Shown here piece by piece: positions 38,260 to 48,610 of a stretch of 64,000 bases of DNA. Origin of the DNA: an uncultured Candidatus Saccharibacteria bacterium (GTDB taxonomy: Bacteria; Patescibacteriota; Minisyncoccia; Minisyncoccales; UBA5738); contig CAYYEP010000003.1 in the NCBI GenBank assembly GCA_964470995.1, forward strand, positions 16,682-80,681. Direction: 5' to 3'. The translations under genes and the position numbers were made by a program. Numbering within the stretch: position 1 is the stretch's first letter; the number at the start of each line of letters is the position of its first letter. Below the pieces are notes generated by a model. It was not told the DNA's origin, did no database searches, and saw only the letters and a list, made by a program, of their open reading frames with translations.

Positions 38260-39528
38260 ATGTCATTTAAAACAATAAATAATTGCTTAATGTATCTGTT
38301 TGTTATCTCTCTTCCTTTTACCGCCTTTTCGGTATTTTCTTTTTGTGGGAAGAGTATTATTTTATCTTGGTTTCTGATTTTTCTGCTCGGTATCGTAAAT
38401 TTTAAAAAAATCATAAGTTCGTTTTATATGCCCCGCGTCGTTTATGTATGGGTTTTGGCGTTGATTTTTTCGATTGCTGCGGTTTTTTTGTTCAATGGGG
38501 CGGTTTTTGGGAAAAATTTTACTCAAATTTTAAACATTATAATAATGCTCCTCCACTTACCGGTTCTTTGGGTGGTTTTTAAGGAGAAAAAATTTGATGA
38601 TGCCAAAAAATTAATAAGCTTATTGGTCGCCGTATCGTTTATTCTGTCATTGTTTACTTTTTATCAATACATCAGCTACTATTTGACTTTTTTGCCGCCG
38701 CTGGATCTCTTTCGTAACGCCAATATATACAATATTTATCGAGGCACTGGAATTGAAGGTTGGTCCGGCACCCATCGGGTTACGGGTACCGCGCCCGAAC
38801 CGGGTTATTGGGCGGCATTCCTCCTGATACCGATGTCCTTTTTGCTGCCGTATTTTTTTCATCCGACTAAATTTTTTCTCAAAAAGATAACATTTTTGGC
38901 GCTTCTAGCCTCCTTCTTTCTGACATTCGGGCGTACCGGATGGGCCGGATTGGCAGTTATAGTTTTGCTTTGCCCTCTGATTCATCGCATACCCGTCAAA
39001 ATAAAATATGCGTATGTAGCGGCTTTGATGTCGGCGTTTATGGTCGCGCTGGTGATTGTAGAAAACGGTTTTTTGTCGCTGGCGTTTACCGATTTGTCAT
39101 ATTTCGAAAGGCTTTCATCGTTAAAATTGGCCTTCGATATTTTTTCCGGTAACCCGTTTTTTGGCATAGGATTCGGAGCTTTTGATCAGGCTGTTCGGGG
39201 CTATGATAATCTCGCGTTTAATCATTTGGTGGTCCACAATTTTTATATTAGATTGCTTGTTGAAACCGGTATTGTCGGTATCGTTGCGTTTCTTGCCTTC
39301 ATATCTTTCATTTGTTTGAAAATTTTCAATTCCCTGAAACTATCAGTCTTGCTCGGGAATCGAGATGAAATCTATTTTGCCGAATCGCTTGGACTTGCGT
39401 TCGCGTCGATAGTGGTCTTTTGGTTTTTTGTTCCCGGCTATAATTTTTCTTATATTTGGTTTATTATTTCATTGATTGCGGCGCTGCCGATTATTTTTAA
39501 AAAGCAAATTAATTTAACCGGACAATGA
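38260..39528 (+). CDS. O-antigen polymerase/ligase-like (Wzy-type) membrane protein
   Basis: About 10-12 TM with a large loop. O-antigen ligase-like pattern. Confidence 0.45.
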   Translation: MSFKTINNCLMYLFVISLPFTAFSVFSFCGKSIILSWFLIFLLGIVNFKKIISSFYMPRVVYVWVLALIFSIAAVFLFNGAVFGKNFTQILNIIIMLLHLPVLWVVFKEKKFDDAKKLISLLVAVSFILSLFTFYQYISYYLTFLPPLDLFRNANIYNIYRGTGIEGWSGTHRVTGTAPEPGYWAAFLLIPMSFLLPYFFHPTKFFLKKITFLALLASFFLTFGRTGWAGLAVIVLLCPLIHRIPVKIKYAYVAALMSAFMVALVIVENGFLSLAFTDLSYFERLSSLKLAFDIFSGNPFFGIGFGAFDQAVRGYDNLAFNHLVVHNFYIRLLVETGIVGIVAFLAFISFICLKIFNSLKLSVLLGNRDEIYFAESLGLAFASIVVFWFFVPGYNFSYIWFIISLIAALPIIFKKQINLTGQ

Positions 39529-40676
39529 AATACATTTTGAGTTTTTACAACCAGGTCGCCGCTGGACCTCGGAACTTGACGGAAACATTTATTTCGGTTT
39601 TGACCGAAAACAAAACAACGGATAACTTTCTTGTTATTCTGCCCGGATTGGATTTTTATAAAAAACTATCTTTGGGGCTGCCTCCAAGAATAAAAGTGAT
39701 ATTTCTGCCTTATTTCCCCGGGTTTAGCAAGCTGATAGCATTATTTATCTATAATTTTTTCATATTTCCGTTGATCGTTTTTATAAAACGGCCCAATGCG
39801 GTGCTTTGCTTCGGCTCTTTAGCGCCCGTTCCTTTTGGCTCGATTCGGAAAATTGTCCTTGCGCATCATCCTTATTTGGTGGATGACGCTCTTCTTGAGA
39901 AGCTGCCACCAATCCAGAAGATTATTGAGAAAATAAAAAGAAATATTTTTCAAATAACTGCCCGGAAAAGCGATCTTATTGTTGTGGAAGGCGCAAATAT
40001 TCGAGAACAAATATGCAAGAAATATCAAATTCCGGAGGATAGGGTTGTTGTTGTCAAAAATCCAATCAACCAGGGACTGTATTCCGCCTATTTGGAAAAT
40101 AAAAACACCAAAGATAACGGGATCAATAAAAAAGATTTCTTTTTTTATCCCAGTAGATATGCATTACACAAAAACCATAGGTTCATTTTTGATTTGGGCA
40201 AAAAATACCATAACGAATTAACGAAAAGTGGGGTTAAATTTTATGTTACAGTAGATGAGGATCTTAATTCTAATGCCAAGGAATATATAAATGCAATAAA
40301 AAATGCCAAATTGGATGAAATTATTATTAATTTGGGCGAATTACCAAACGCAAAACTTTGCGATTATTACCGCGAAAGCTTGGGGTTGTTTTTCCCGTCA
40401 AATTCTGAAACATTTGGTATACCCCTGATAGAAGCAATGGCATTCAAGCTGCCGATAATTGCTCCGGATTTGGCATATGCCCGCGATGTTTGTGGAGAAG
40501 CTGCTTTGTATTATTCCGCAAACAATATCGACGATGCTTTCTCAAAACTAATTATATTAGTCAGCGATCGTGAAGAATGGGGGAGGTGTTCAAGAAAAAG
40601 CGCAGATCAATTTCAAAAATATCCGTCTCCGAAAGAGTGGGTTAAACAATACATCACATTATTAAAAAATGGTTAA
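39525..40676 (+). CDS. glycosyltransferase family 1 (GT4-like)
   Basis: ETFGIPLIEAMAFKLPIIAPD EX7E-type motif. Confidence 0.6.
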   Translation: MKYILSFYNQVAAGPRNLTETFISVLTENKTTDNFLVILPGLDFYKKLSLGLPPRIKVIFLPYFPGFSKLIALFIYNFFIFPLIVFIKRPNAVLCFGSLAPVPFGSIRKIVLAHHPYLVDDALLEKLPPIQKIIEKIKRNIFQITARKSDLIVVEGANIREQICKKYQIPEDRVVVVKNPINQGLYSAYLENKNTKDNGINKKDFFFYPSRYALHKNHRFIFDLGKKYHNELTKSGVKFYVTVDEDLNSNAKEYINAIKNAKLDEIIINLGELPNAKLCDYYRESLGLFFPSNSETFGIPLIEAMAFKLPIIAPDLAYARDVCGEAALYYSANNIDDAFSKLIILVSDREEWGRCSRKSADQFQKYPSPKEWVKQYITLLKNG

Positions 40677-41586
40677 GCTATCTATTGTCATAGTAAATTA
40701 TAATGGCGGCAATATTATCAGAGAGTGTTTATCTTCGGTTTTTAGCAAGGTTAAAAATATCGATTTTGAAGTTATTGTTTCCGATAACGGATCGACAGAT
40801 GGGAGTGTCGAAACGATAAAAAATGAATTCCCGGGGATAATTATTGTTAAAAATGGTAATAATATCGGTTTTGCCGCCGCGAACAATGAGGCGGTAAAAA
40901 GCGCTCATGGGGAATATGTTTTATTACTGAATCCCGACACGCTCGTTTTGGATAAAAATATTTCCAAATTGGTTGAATTTATGGATAAAAATTCTCAAGC
41001 CGGCGCTTGTGGTCCGCAGATCTTGAATTCTGATATGACTATGCAACGCCAGTGCAAGCGGGGCTGGCCTACATTTCGTAATTCTTTTTTTTATTATTCC
41101 GGCTTATGGAAATTTTTTCCCAATTCGCGGAAATGGAAAAAGATAACCGGCGGCTATTTTTGCCTGGAGAAACCTGACGACCAAATATGTGAAGTCGACC
41201 AGCTAAGCGGCGCGGCGCTGCTGGTGAGGCGCGATATTTGGAAAAAATTAGCCGGAATGGATGAAAAATACATCATGTATTGGGATGATACCGATCTGTG
41301 CTTTCGGATAAAATCTCTTGGATATAAGATTTTTTACGTGCCGCAGTCCAAGATTATGCATTACGGCGGAGTCGGTGGCGCGCAGTTGCATGCTTTGCGG
41401 AATATGTGGTATTTCCATAATGGAGCTTGTATTTTTTATCACCGCTATCTTGCCAAAAAAACATTTTTTGTTTTTAATTGGATGTATTACGGCGGAGTCT
41501 GGGCGGCGTTTTGGGTAAAATTTTTGTCCAATGTATTTCGCAAGGAAAAAATTATCGGATCCAAAAAACCGCATAAAATTTGCTGA
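40669..41586 (+). CDS. glycosyltransferase family 2
   Basis: LSIVIVNYNGGNII...SDNGSTDGS...DTDLCFR. Confidence 0.65.
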   Translation: MVKLSIVIVNYNGGNIIRECLSSVFSKVKNIDFEVIVSDNGSTDGSVETIKNEFPGIIIVKNGNNIGFAAANNEAVKSAHGEYVLLLNPDTLVLDKNISKLVEFMDKNSQAGACGPQILNSDMTMQRQCKRGWPTFRNSFFYYSGLWKFFPNSRKWKKITGGYFCLEKPDDQICEVDQLSGAALLVRRDIWKKLAGMDEKYIMYWDDTDLCFRIKSLGYKIFYVPQSKIMHYGGVGGAQLHALRNMWYFHNGACIFYHRYLAKKTFFVFNWMYYGGVWAAFWVKFLSNVFRKEKIIGSKKPHKIC

Positions 41587-43025
41587 TAATGGTTTTTAAT
41601 TCGGTATTTTTCATATTTTTATTTTTACCGCTTTTTTTGCTTGCATATTTTACCGCCAAAAAGGAATGGAGGAATTTTTTGATTGTTATGGCAAGCATGG
41701 TTTTCTATTTTTGGGATGGGAATAGGTCCGTTATGGTATTGGCTCTGTGTATTATTGCGAACTATATATTTGGCTTGTCTATAGAAAAATACCGTTCCCA
41801 AAAAACAGCCCCCGGAGAAATTATTTCAAGAAATATTTTAATTGCGGCGATCATTTTCAATGTCGCGTTGCTGGCGTTTTTTAAATATTCTAATTTCATA
41901 CTGGCGAGCTTATCTAACCTGTCATTTTTTCATTTTGGTGGGGCGGGCCATACCCCTCTGGGAATATCTTTTTTTATTTTCTCGCTCATATCGTATGTGG
42001 TTGACGTATACAGAAGAAAAGTTGCCGCACAGAAAAATGTCATTGATTTTTCGATGTATGCGGCGCTTTTCCCGAAATTGATCATGGGTCCGATCGTGAG
42101 GTATGCGGATATTGCCGGAACGGTAAAGGATCGGGCAATAACGTGCCGGAATTTTGCCCGCGGGATCGAAAGATTCATAATCGGCCTTTCCAAGAAGGTG
42201 CTTATTGCCGATAACGTAGGAATTATTGCCGACAATTTTTTTAATATGCGGCCGGATGAACTGTCGTTTGGGGTCGCCTGGCTGGGGATGATTTGCTATA
42301 TGATTCAAATTTATTTTGATTTTTCCGGATATTCCGATATGGCAATTGGTCTTGGCAAGATGATGGGGTTTAATTTTTTAGAAAATTTTAATTATCCTTA
42401 TATCTCGCGATCAATAAGGGAGTTTTGGCGCCGATGGCATATCTCGTTGTCGTCTTGGTTTAGGGATTATCTATATATCCCGCTCGGCGGAAATCGGAAG
42501 GGGAGAATTAGAACTTATTTGAATCTCATGGCTGTTTTTCTGCTTTGCGGCTTATGGCACGGGGCAAGCTGGCTGTTTGTCATCTGGGGCGGTTGGCATG
42601 GGATTTTTCTCGTTTTGGAGCGGTCGCCCTTCGGTAAATTTATGGATCGAAGAAACGCGGCATTTCAGCGTTTTTATATGCTCGTTGTTGTGATGATTGG
42701 CTGGGTATTTTTTCGGGCGGATTCTTTTTTCCAGGCGCTGAATATTTTTAAGAACATGTTCGGATTGAGCGGGCTTAGTATTGCGATCACGCCGGGGCTT
42801 ATGAACGCTAAAGGACTGGCTTCTTTACTTTTAGGCATTATTTTCTGCATCCCGATCGGCCAAGTATTAAAGGCGGCCGCCCAAAAAGTCAAAATAGCTG
42901 ACCGGGCGGTTCTTGGCGGCGTTGCGCAAGAGTTTAAAATGTGTCTGCTTCTATTGTTATTTGTTGTATGTTTGATTTTTTTATCCGGGGCCACTTATAG
43001 TCCGTTTATTTACTTCAATTTTTAG
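41580..43025 (+). CDS. MBOAT-family membrane O-acyltransferase (AlgI/DltB/PatA-like)
   Basis: WRRWHISLSSWFRDYLYIPLGG carries the conserved MBOAT His. Multi-TM. Confidence 0.7.
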   Translation: MLIMVFNSVFFIFLFLPLFLLAYFTAKKEWRNFLIVMASMVFYFWDGNRSVMVLALCIIANYIFGLSIEKYRSQKTAPGEIISRNILIAAIIFNVALLAFFKYSNFILASLSNLSFFHFGGAGHTPLGISFFIFSLISYVVDVYRRKVAAQKNVIDFSMYAALFPKLIMGPIVRYADIAGTVKDRAITCRNFARGIERFIIGLSKKVLIADNVGIIADNFFNMRPDELSFGVAWLGMICYMIQIYFDFSGYSDMAIGLGKMMGFNFLENFNYPYISRSIREFWRRWHISLSSWFRDYLYIPLGGNRKGRIRTYLNLMAVFLLCGLWHGASWLFVIWGGWHGIFLVLERSPFGKFMDRRNAAFQRFYMLVVVMIGWVFFRADSFFQALNIFKNMFGLSGLSIAITPGLMNAKGLASLLLGIIFCIPIGQVLKAAAQKVKIADRAVLGGVAQEFKMCLLLLLFVVCLIFLSGATYSPFIYFNF

Positions 43026-43033
43026 GAATTCAA

Positions 43034-44134
43034 ATGTCGAGTATAATCACTAAGATTAAAAATAATAACGCGCGCTTTATTTTTATTTTCGTCGCCATAT
43101 TATTTTTGCCTTTACTTCAAATGATTTTTGGCTGGCTTGAGGAATTAAACTTGAGCGAAGGCAGAAGGCTGGCGGAAATGCCCAGTTTTGCCAGCTTAAA
43201 TGATGTAAGGCATTGGGATGATTATTTAAGGGCGTACGAATTGTTTTTTAATGACCATTATGGTTTTAGGTCGTATATGGTCAAACTCAATTCCGAAATT
43301 AATTTGAAGGTTTTTAACGTAAGCCCAAGGAATGATGTGATTATTGGAAAAGAAGGCTGGCTTTTTTATGATTCGCCTACGGATGGAGCAAGCTTAAAAG
43401 ATTTCTACGGGAAAGCCAATTTTGACCACAATCAATTGGCGTTAATAAGAAATAACCTATTAATATTAGAGAATGAATTTGCGAAAAGAAATATAAATTT
43501 TATTATTGTGATGGCGCCAAATAAGCATACTATTTATTCTGAATTTTTGCCGGATTATATCAGCGGAAATAGAGGATTAACGACAGCCGCGGATCAAATT
43601 GGCAAAATAGCGGATGAAACCGCCATAAATTACATAGACTTGCGGTCGTCGTTATTGCGAGCTAAAAATAACTATTCGTATCCGTTATATTATTTGACCG
43701 ACACTCATTGGAATAATTTAGGAGCCTGGGTCGCCTTCAATGAAATAAGGCCTCATCTTGTTTCCGGCAAAGGTAACGATTATGCGTGCGAATGTATGGA
43801 TACGGTTATTGGCGTGGCCGAGAATAAAGGATTTGGCGATTTGGCAATATATATCAATAATCAGGGAAAAATGAAAGATTATGAGATGAGCTACGCGATT
43901 CCCGGTAGCGGCTGCTCAAATGGCATAGAAGCCAATAAAAATTATCGCAAGCTCGCAATTATTGGCGATTCCTTCGCGGAAAAATTAGTTTATTATTTAT
44001 CGCAATCATTCGGGGAAGTTATCTCTGTGAAGGATGCTAAAATTGATTTTGAAGTTATCGATAAAGAAAAACCAGATATCGTGATCTATGAATTCGTCGA
44101 AAGGTATTATCACAATTTATTGATAAACCCGTAA
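43034..44134 (+). CDS. AlgX/AlgJ/PatB-like SGNH (DHHW) partner of MBOAT
   Basis: N-terminal TM. YLTDTHWNNLGAWVAF (the DxHW motif of DHHW-family acetyltransferases). Follows the MBOAT gene. Confidence 0.55.
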   Translation: MSSIITKIKNNNARFIFIFVAILFLPLLQMIFGWLEELNLSEGRRLAEMPSFASLNDVRHWDDYLRAYELFFNDHYGFRSYMVKLNSEINLKVFNVSPRNDVIIGKEGWLFYDSPTDGASLKDFYGKANFDHNQLALIRNNLLILENEFAKRNINFIIVMAPNKHTIYSEFLPDYISGNRGLTTAADQIGKIADETAINYIDLRSSLLRAKNNYSYPLYYLTDTHWNNLGAWVAFNEIRPHLVSGKGNDYACECMDTVIGVAENKGFGDLAIYINNQGKMKDYEMSYAIPGSGCSNGIEANKNYRKLAIIGDSFAEKLVYYLSQSFGEVISVKDAKIDFEVIDKEKPDIVIYEFVERYYHNLLINP

Positions 44135-44276
44135 AACCCCCAAGCAGGCGGTTATATTTGTAAACTGGCGCCTTGATTCCGGCGATAATCCGAGCTTTGC
44201 GAGACCCAGCTTCATGGGGCAGGTCGTTGAAGGTGGGGGAATCTATGCTATTATCGGTTTAACTCGAACATCAAAA

Positions 44277-45623
44277 ATGAGCCAAAGCGGAATTGTCAAA
44301 CTGATTTTAGCGGTTGTTGATATAGCCTTAATGTATCTGGCGCTGTTTTTGGTATTGGCTTTCCGCTATCATGATTTTTCGGTTTTCCCCGGGCCGCAAA
44401 GCGGAGAATTTTTTTTCCATTTCGCGTTTATTCATTTATTCTGGCTGGTGTTGCTTTACGCGTTCGATCTTTATGATGTTTTTCTAGTTAAAAAATTCCT
44501 GTTTTTTTTAAAAAACCTGTTTCTATTTTCGATCTTTGCGTTCGCGGCCGGAGCGGTGTATTTTTATCTTAATCTTCATTCGTTAATCTCGCCCAAAACG
44601 ATCCTGCTCTTCGATGTGCTGCTGTTTTCGTTTTTCGCGATGTTGCGCGGGTTTATTGCCGCCAAAGTTGCCGGATCAGAGCATTTTGGCAAGAATGTAG
44701 CGGTAGTTGGGTGGTGTTCCCAAATGGAAGAGATTGCGTGCGGCCATTTTGAAAGGTTTAATTATCGGATAGCGGCGGTTTTCCGTCCCAGCGCGCTGGA
44801 AGGATTCAATAATTTAGATATTTTTACCCGGCAAGATGATTTTATCGCCGCCCTGAAAGAAAAACGGGTAAGCTTGGTTGTCTTTGCCATTCCCGCGGGT
44901 ACGCGCCGGGCGCTAGCAGACTTGGTATCAAGGATCGATATCGGCATTAAGGTTACAACCATCGAAAGCGTTTATGAGGAAATGGCTGGCAAAATATCTC
45001 TGGAATTGATCGATAACATCTGGATGTCGGATATCGTTCGGCGTACATCGCGCCAAGGCTATGTTAACAGCAAAAGAATCTTTGACGCGGTATTTGCGGC
45101 TCTCGGTTTGGCGGCAACGGCAGTTATCTTTCCGATTGTGGCTCTGGCGGTAAAATTGGATTCAAAAGGGCCAATATTCTACATCCAAAAAAGGAAAGGG
45201 AAGATGGGTAAGGTTTTCAATCTCTACAAGTTTCGCACGATGACTGCCACCGATGACCAATATTCGGTTTTTCGCGCCGAAGCCGTTAACCAAGTGACGC
45301 GCGTGGGCCGGATCATCAAAAAAATTCACGTTGACGAATTCCCGCAATTTTTTAATATCTTAAGGGGAGATATCAGCTTTGTCGGGCCGCGGCCGGAATG
45401 GGAAAAGCTTGCCGCGGATTACGAAAAGGAAATTCCTTTTTACAAATACCGCTATCTGGTGCGCCCGGGTTTTACCGGCTGGGCACAGATTAATTACAAA
45501 GCATCGGCTACCGCCAAAGAAGCCCGGGAAAAGTTCGAATATGACCTTTATTACATCAAAAACCGTTCGTTCTTGCTGGATATGTCCATCATTACCAAAA
45601 CCATCCAGCTTTTCTTTCGCTAA
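44277..45623 (+). CDS. polyprenyl-phosphate sugar phosphotransferase (WbaP/CpsE-type priming sugar transferase)
   Basis: C-terminal KFRTM...DEFPQFFNILRGDISFVGPRPE hallmark. N-terminal TM bundle. Confidence 0.8.
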   Translation: MSQSGIVKLILAVVDIALMYLALFLVLAFRYHDFSVFPGPQSGEFFFHFAFIHLFWLVLLYAFDLYDVFLVKKFLFFLKNLFLFSIFAFAAGAVYFYLNLHSLISPKTILLFDVLLFSFFAMLRGFIAAKVAGSEHFGKNVAVVGWCSQMEEIACGHFERFNYRIAAVFRPSALEGFNNLDIFTRQDDFIAALKEKRVSLVVFAIPAGTRRALADLVSRIDIGIKVTTIESVYEEMAGKISLELIDNIWMSDIVRRTSRQGYVNSKRIFDAVFAALGLAATAVIFPIVALAVKLDSKGPIFYIQKRKGKMGKVFNLYKFRTMTATDDQYSVFRAEAVNQVTRVGRIIKKIHVDEFPQFFNILRGDISFVGPRPEWEKLAADYEKEIPFYKYRYLVRPGFTGWAQINYKASATAKEAREKFEYDLYYIKNRSFLLDMSIITKTIQLFFR

Positions 45624-45664
45624 ATTAAGAATATTTTTAACCGACAATAAGCTAAAATAAAACT

Positions 45665-46417
45665 ATGGAAAACAAAAAAAATTCGCTAAATAAAGATTAC
45701 GATGAGATTGACTTGCGCGACGTGGCTGATGTGTTAGTCAAACGAAAAAAGATTATTATATTTTGCACCCTCGCGGCATTGGGTGTCGCGCTGGCCGCAA
45801 GCTTAATGATGCCCAAAATATATCGTGTTCAAACGGCCCTGGAAATAGGGACGGTCGATGGGGGTGTTTTGGTGGAAAGTATTGTTCAGATAAAAGACCG
45901 GGTTGATCGGGGATACTACTCGGAATTTCTTAAAAAAGAAGATACCGCGATATATCCGATAAAAACCGCCAATACCGCTGGCAGCGATATTATTACGCTC
46001 GCCGTTGAATCGCCCGACCGGGAGAGCGCGTTAAGTTTTCTTGAAAATATCGGCCAAATGATTATTGCGGAGCATAATAAATTAACTACGGCGCGCCGTC
46101 AATTTATTGACAGCCAAATTGCCGCCGCCGAATTCAACAGCAAAGACATTTCCGCAAGTATTAAAGCTCCCAGCCAGGAATGTTCCGCGGAAAAATATCT
46201 GGCGATTAATAATTTGGAGTCACATATTCTTAATCTTAAATTTGTTAGAACCCAAATCACCGATACCGCGATAGCGGGCGCGTCGGCGGCGCCGGAGACT
46301 CCGGTAAAACCCAATATTAAATTAAATGCGGTTATGGCCGCAATCTTGGGGCTGTTCTTCGGGGTTTTTGCTGTTTTATTTGGCAATTGGTGGCGGGAAA
46401 GCGGGATGACAAAATAG
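45665..46417 (+). CDS. Wzz-like polysaccharide chain-length determinant (PCP family)
   Basis: N-terminal TM (IIIFCTLAALGVALAASLMM). C-terminal TM (AVMAAILGLFFGVFAVLFG). Periplasmic coiled-coil-like middle. Confidence 0.45.
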   Translation: MENKKNSLNKDYDEIDLRDVADVLVKRKKIIIFCTLAALGVALAASLMMPKIYRVQTALEIGTVDGGVLVESIVQIKDRVDRGYYSEFLKKEDTAIYPIKTANTAGSDIITLAVESPDRESALSFLENIGQMIIAEHNKLTTARRQFIDSQIAAAEFNSKDISASIKAPSQECSAEKYLAINNLESHILNLKFVRTQITDTAIAGASAAPETPVKPNIKLNAVMAAILGLFFGVFAVLFGNWWRESGMTK

Positions 46418-46448
46418 GAAAGCATAAAATAGGTTGGGCAAGATGCAG

Positions 46449-46498
46449 TTTGTGCAAGGTCGCACCTTGCAAGCTTGCAAGGTGCGACCTTGCACAAA
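46449..46498. repeat. REP doublet (palindrome) inside the polysaccharide operon
   Basis: TTTGTGCAAGGTCGCACCTTGCAAGCTTGCAAGGTGCGACCTTGCACAAA. Lies between the Wzz-like gene and the ligase-like gene. Confidence 0.85.
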
Positions 46499-46515
46499 AG
46501 CTAAATAGCATAGTT

Positions 46516-48489
46516 ATGGAGAATAAGGGGATAATAAATTTTATAAAACTCGGGATATTTGCCGCGCTATTGACGCCGTTGATCAAGCACGCGGAGTTTT
46601 ATTTTCCTTATGTGGGTCCCAAAAGCATTTATTTTATGGCCTTGGCCGAATTGGTGTTCTTCGCCTGGGTCATTTTGGCCTGGCGCTGGAAGCAATACCG
46701 GCCCGATCTAAAAAACCCGCTTGTTATCGCCATTCTTGCCTCTTTGGCGGTATCGTTTGCCAGCGCGGCCGCCGGCGCCAATTTTTTGGTAAGTTTTTGG
46801 TCGAAGTTCGAGCGCATGGGCGGTATATTGATGTTTTTTCACCTCGTTGCGTTTACGCTCGCAGCCGCTTCAGTGATGGAAAGGACCGATTGGCGCCGCT
46901 TTTTTTACGCCACCGTCGCCATCGCTTCATATGTTGCTCTGGCGGCATTCTTCGATAAAAGCAACGGCGCTAATGAAGGGGGATTGATCGGCAATAATTC
47001 TTTCTGGGGTACTTATATTTTGTTTAATATTTTCTTCGCGCTTTACCTTTTTGTTTCCGCCCCTCGCCATGATTATAAAACAAAAGGCTTTGCCGCCGCC
47101 GCTTTTATGGCAATGGCGGCAAGCCTGATGCTGGTGGGAACTCGGTATTTGGCGTATATGGCCGGATCGGGAGAAGCACCGGCCGCAAGCCTTTTGGCCG
47201 ATATTTTTGGCACCGGCGCCCGGGCCGCCAAATTATCGCTGGTAGGGGGTATGCTATTGTTCTCCCTGCTTTGGTTTTCTTTCTCGAAGAGCCGCGCGGT
47301 TAAGCTTGCCAGCCGTCTTTTATTGGTCGCCGCTACTTCCTGCGGTGTGGTGCTGGTTGCGATGGCGCTTCAGCCCGGTAGTCAAGTTTATCGGTTTGCG
47401 GTCGAAAAGTTCAACCAATCTACGGTTCAGGGCCGCCTCGTCGTTTGGGAAATCGGTTGGAAGGGCTTTGTGGAACGCCCCCTGCTTGGTTGGGGCCCGG
47501 AAAACTTCAATCTGGTGTTCGCGCGCTATTTTAATCCCTGTATCGGATCGCCGGAATGCACCGGCGAAATTTGGTTTGATCGCGCGCACAATGTTGTCGT
47601 CGATACTCTGGTTGAGACCGGTGCCATCGGTTTAGCTGCTTATTTGGCGATCTTTGCGGCCGCGCTCTGGCTTTTATGGCAGCCGGTTTTCAAAAATGGG
47701 CAGGGTCTGGCCGAAGCTTCGGTAATTACGGCGTTGTTTGCGGCTTACTTTGTTCAAAACCTGACAGTTTTTGATATGGTGGTCAGTTATTTAATGTTTT
47801 TTATCTGTTTGGCGTTCATTATTTCGCGCGGCGCCGAAAAGCCGGCCGCTAAATACGCAGCTCCCTTGCCGGTAGTGTCCAAAATGGCGATTGCCGCCGC
47901 CGGTATGTTATGTTTTTATTTTTTTGTGGTTGGGCCGTTCCGAACCGATTATGGCGCGGTGGCCGCGGCTAAAGCCGTTTATGGTAGCGATCAGCGCATC
48001 GAGCTTAGCCGGAAAGCGTTAGCCGCGTCTCCTGTAGGCCGCGACCAGATAAGGAATTTCTTTGCCAAACAGTGGATTGTGGCAATGCAAAATGAAAAAG
48101 TTTTAAAAATCTTAACCGTCGGCGCCGCCGCGAAAAATTTTACTTACCTTGCTCAAGAACTGGAAAAAAGCCGCGCCGAATCGCCACTGAATCTGCAGGT
48201 ACGCCTGCGTCTGGCCGAGCTTTATAACTCATGGGGCTTGATCGACCAAAAAAAACTTATTCTCGCCGAAGAGGTTTTAAGCGAAGCCCATGATTTATCA
48301 CCCCAAAACCAGCAATATTATCTTGAGCTGGCGCAAACACGAATAGAACAGGCTCGCCTGGAAGACGCCCATTCCCTGATAAAACAGGCAAAAGATATTT
48401 ACTCCGCAAACCCGAACGTAAATGCTTCCTTGGAAAAAATCGAAAAGATTATAGACACTGCGTCTGCCGCCAAAACTCCAAAACAATGA
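46516..48489 (+). CDS. O-antigen ligase-like polytopic membrane protein with C-terminal TPR-like domain
   Basis: Multi-TM N-terminal about 440 aa. Soluble helical-repeat C-terminus. The ORF-track start at 46387 reads through the REP, so the Met at 46516 is preferred. Confidence 0.45.
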   Translation: MENKGIINFIKLGIFAALLTPLIKHAEFYFPYVGPKSIYFMALAELVFFAWVILAWRWKQYRPDLKNPLVIAILASLAVSFASAAAGANFLVSFWSKFERMGGILMFFHLVAFTLAAASVMERTDWRRFFYATVAIASYVALAAFFDKSNGANEGGLIGNNSFWGTYILFNIFFALYLFVSAPRHDYKTKGFAAAAFMAMAASLMLVGTRYLAYMAGSGEAPAASLLADIFGTGARAAKLSLVGGMLLFSLLWFSFSKSRAVKLASRLLLVAATSCGVVLVAMALQPGSQVYRFAVEKFNQSTVQGRLVVWEIGWKGFVERPLLGWGPENFNLVFARYFNPCIGSPECTGEIWFDRAHNVVVDTLVETGAIGLAAYLAIFAAALWLLWQPVFKNGQGLAEASVITALFAAYFVQNLTVFDMVVSYLMFFICLAFIISRGAEKPAAKYAAPLPVVSKMAIAAAGMLCFYFFVVGPFRTDYGAVAAAKAVYGSDQRIELSRKALAASPVGRDQIRNFFAKQWIVAMQNEKVLKILTVGAAAKNFTYLAQELEKSRAESPLNLQVRLRLAELYNSWGLIDQKKLILAEEVLSEAHDLSPQNQQYYLELAQTRIEQARLEDAHSLIKQAKDIYSANPNVNASLEKIEKIIDTASAAKTPKQ

Positions 48490-48610
48490 TCGCATTTGAG
48501 TTTTCCAAGGCTTTGTCCTGAAATCTTGCAGAGTGAGGCCATGCGCGGCTTCGCGCAAACGCATTTCATTTCCGCGTTAAAAATGTAGAATTAAGAATTA
48601 CGATCATATT

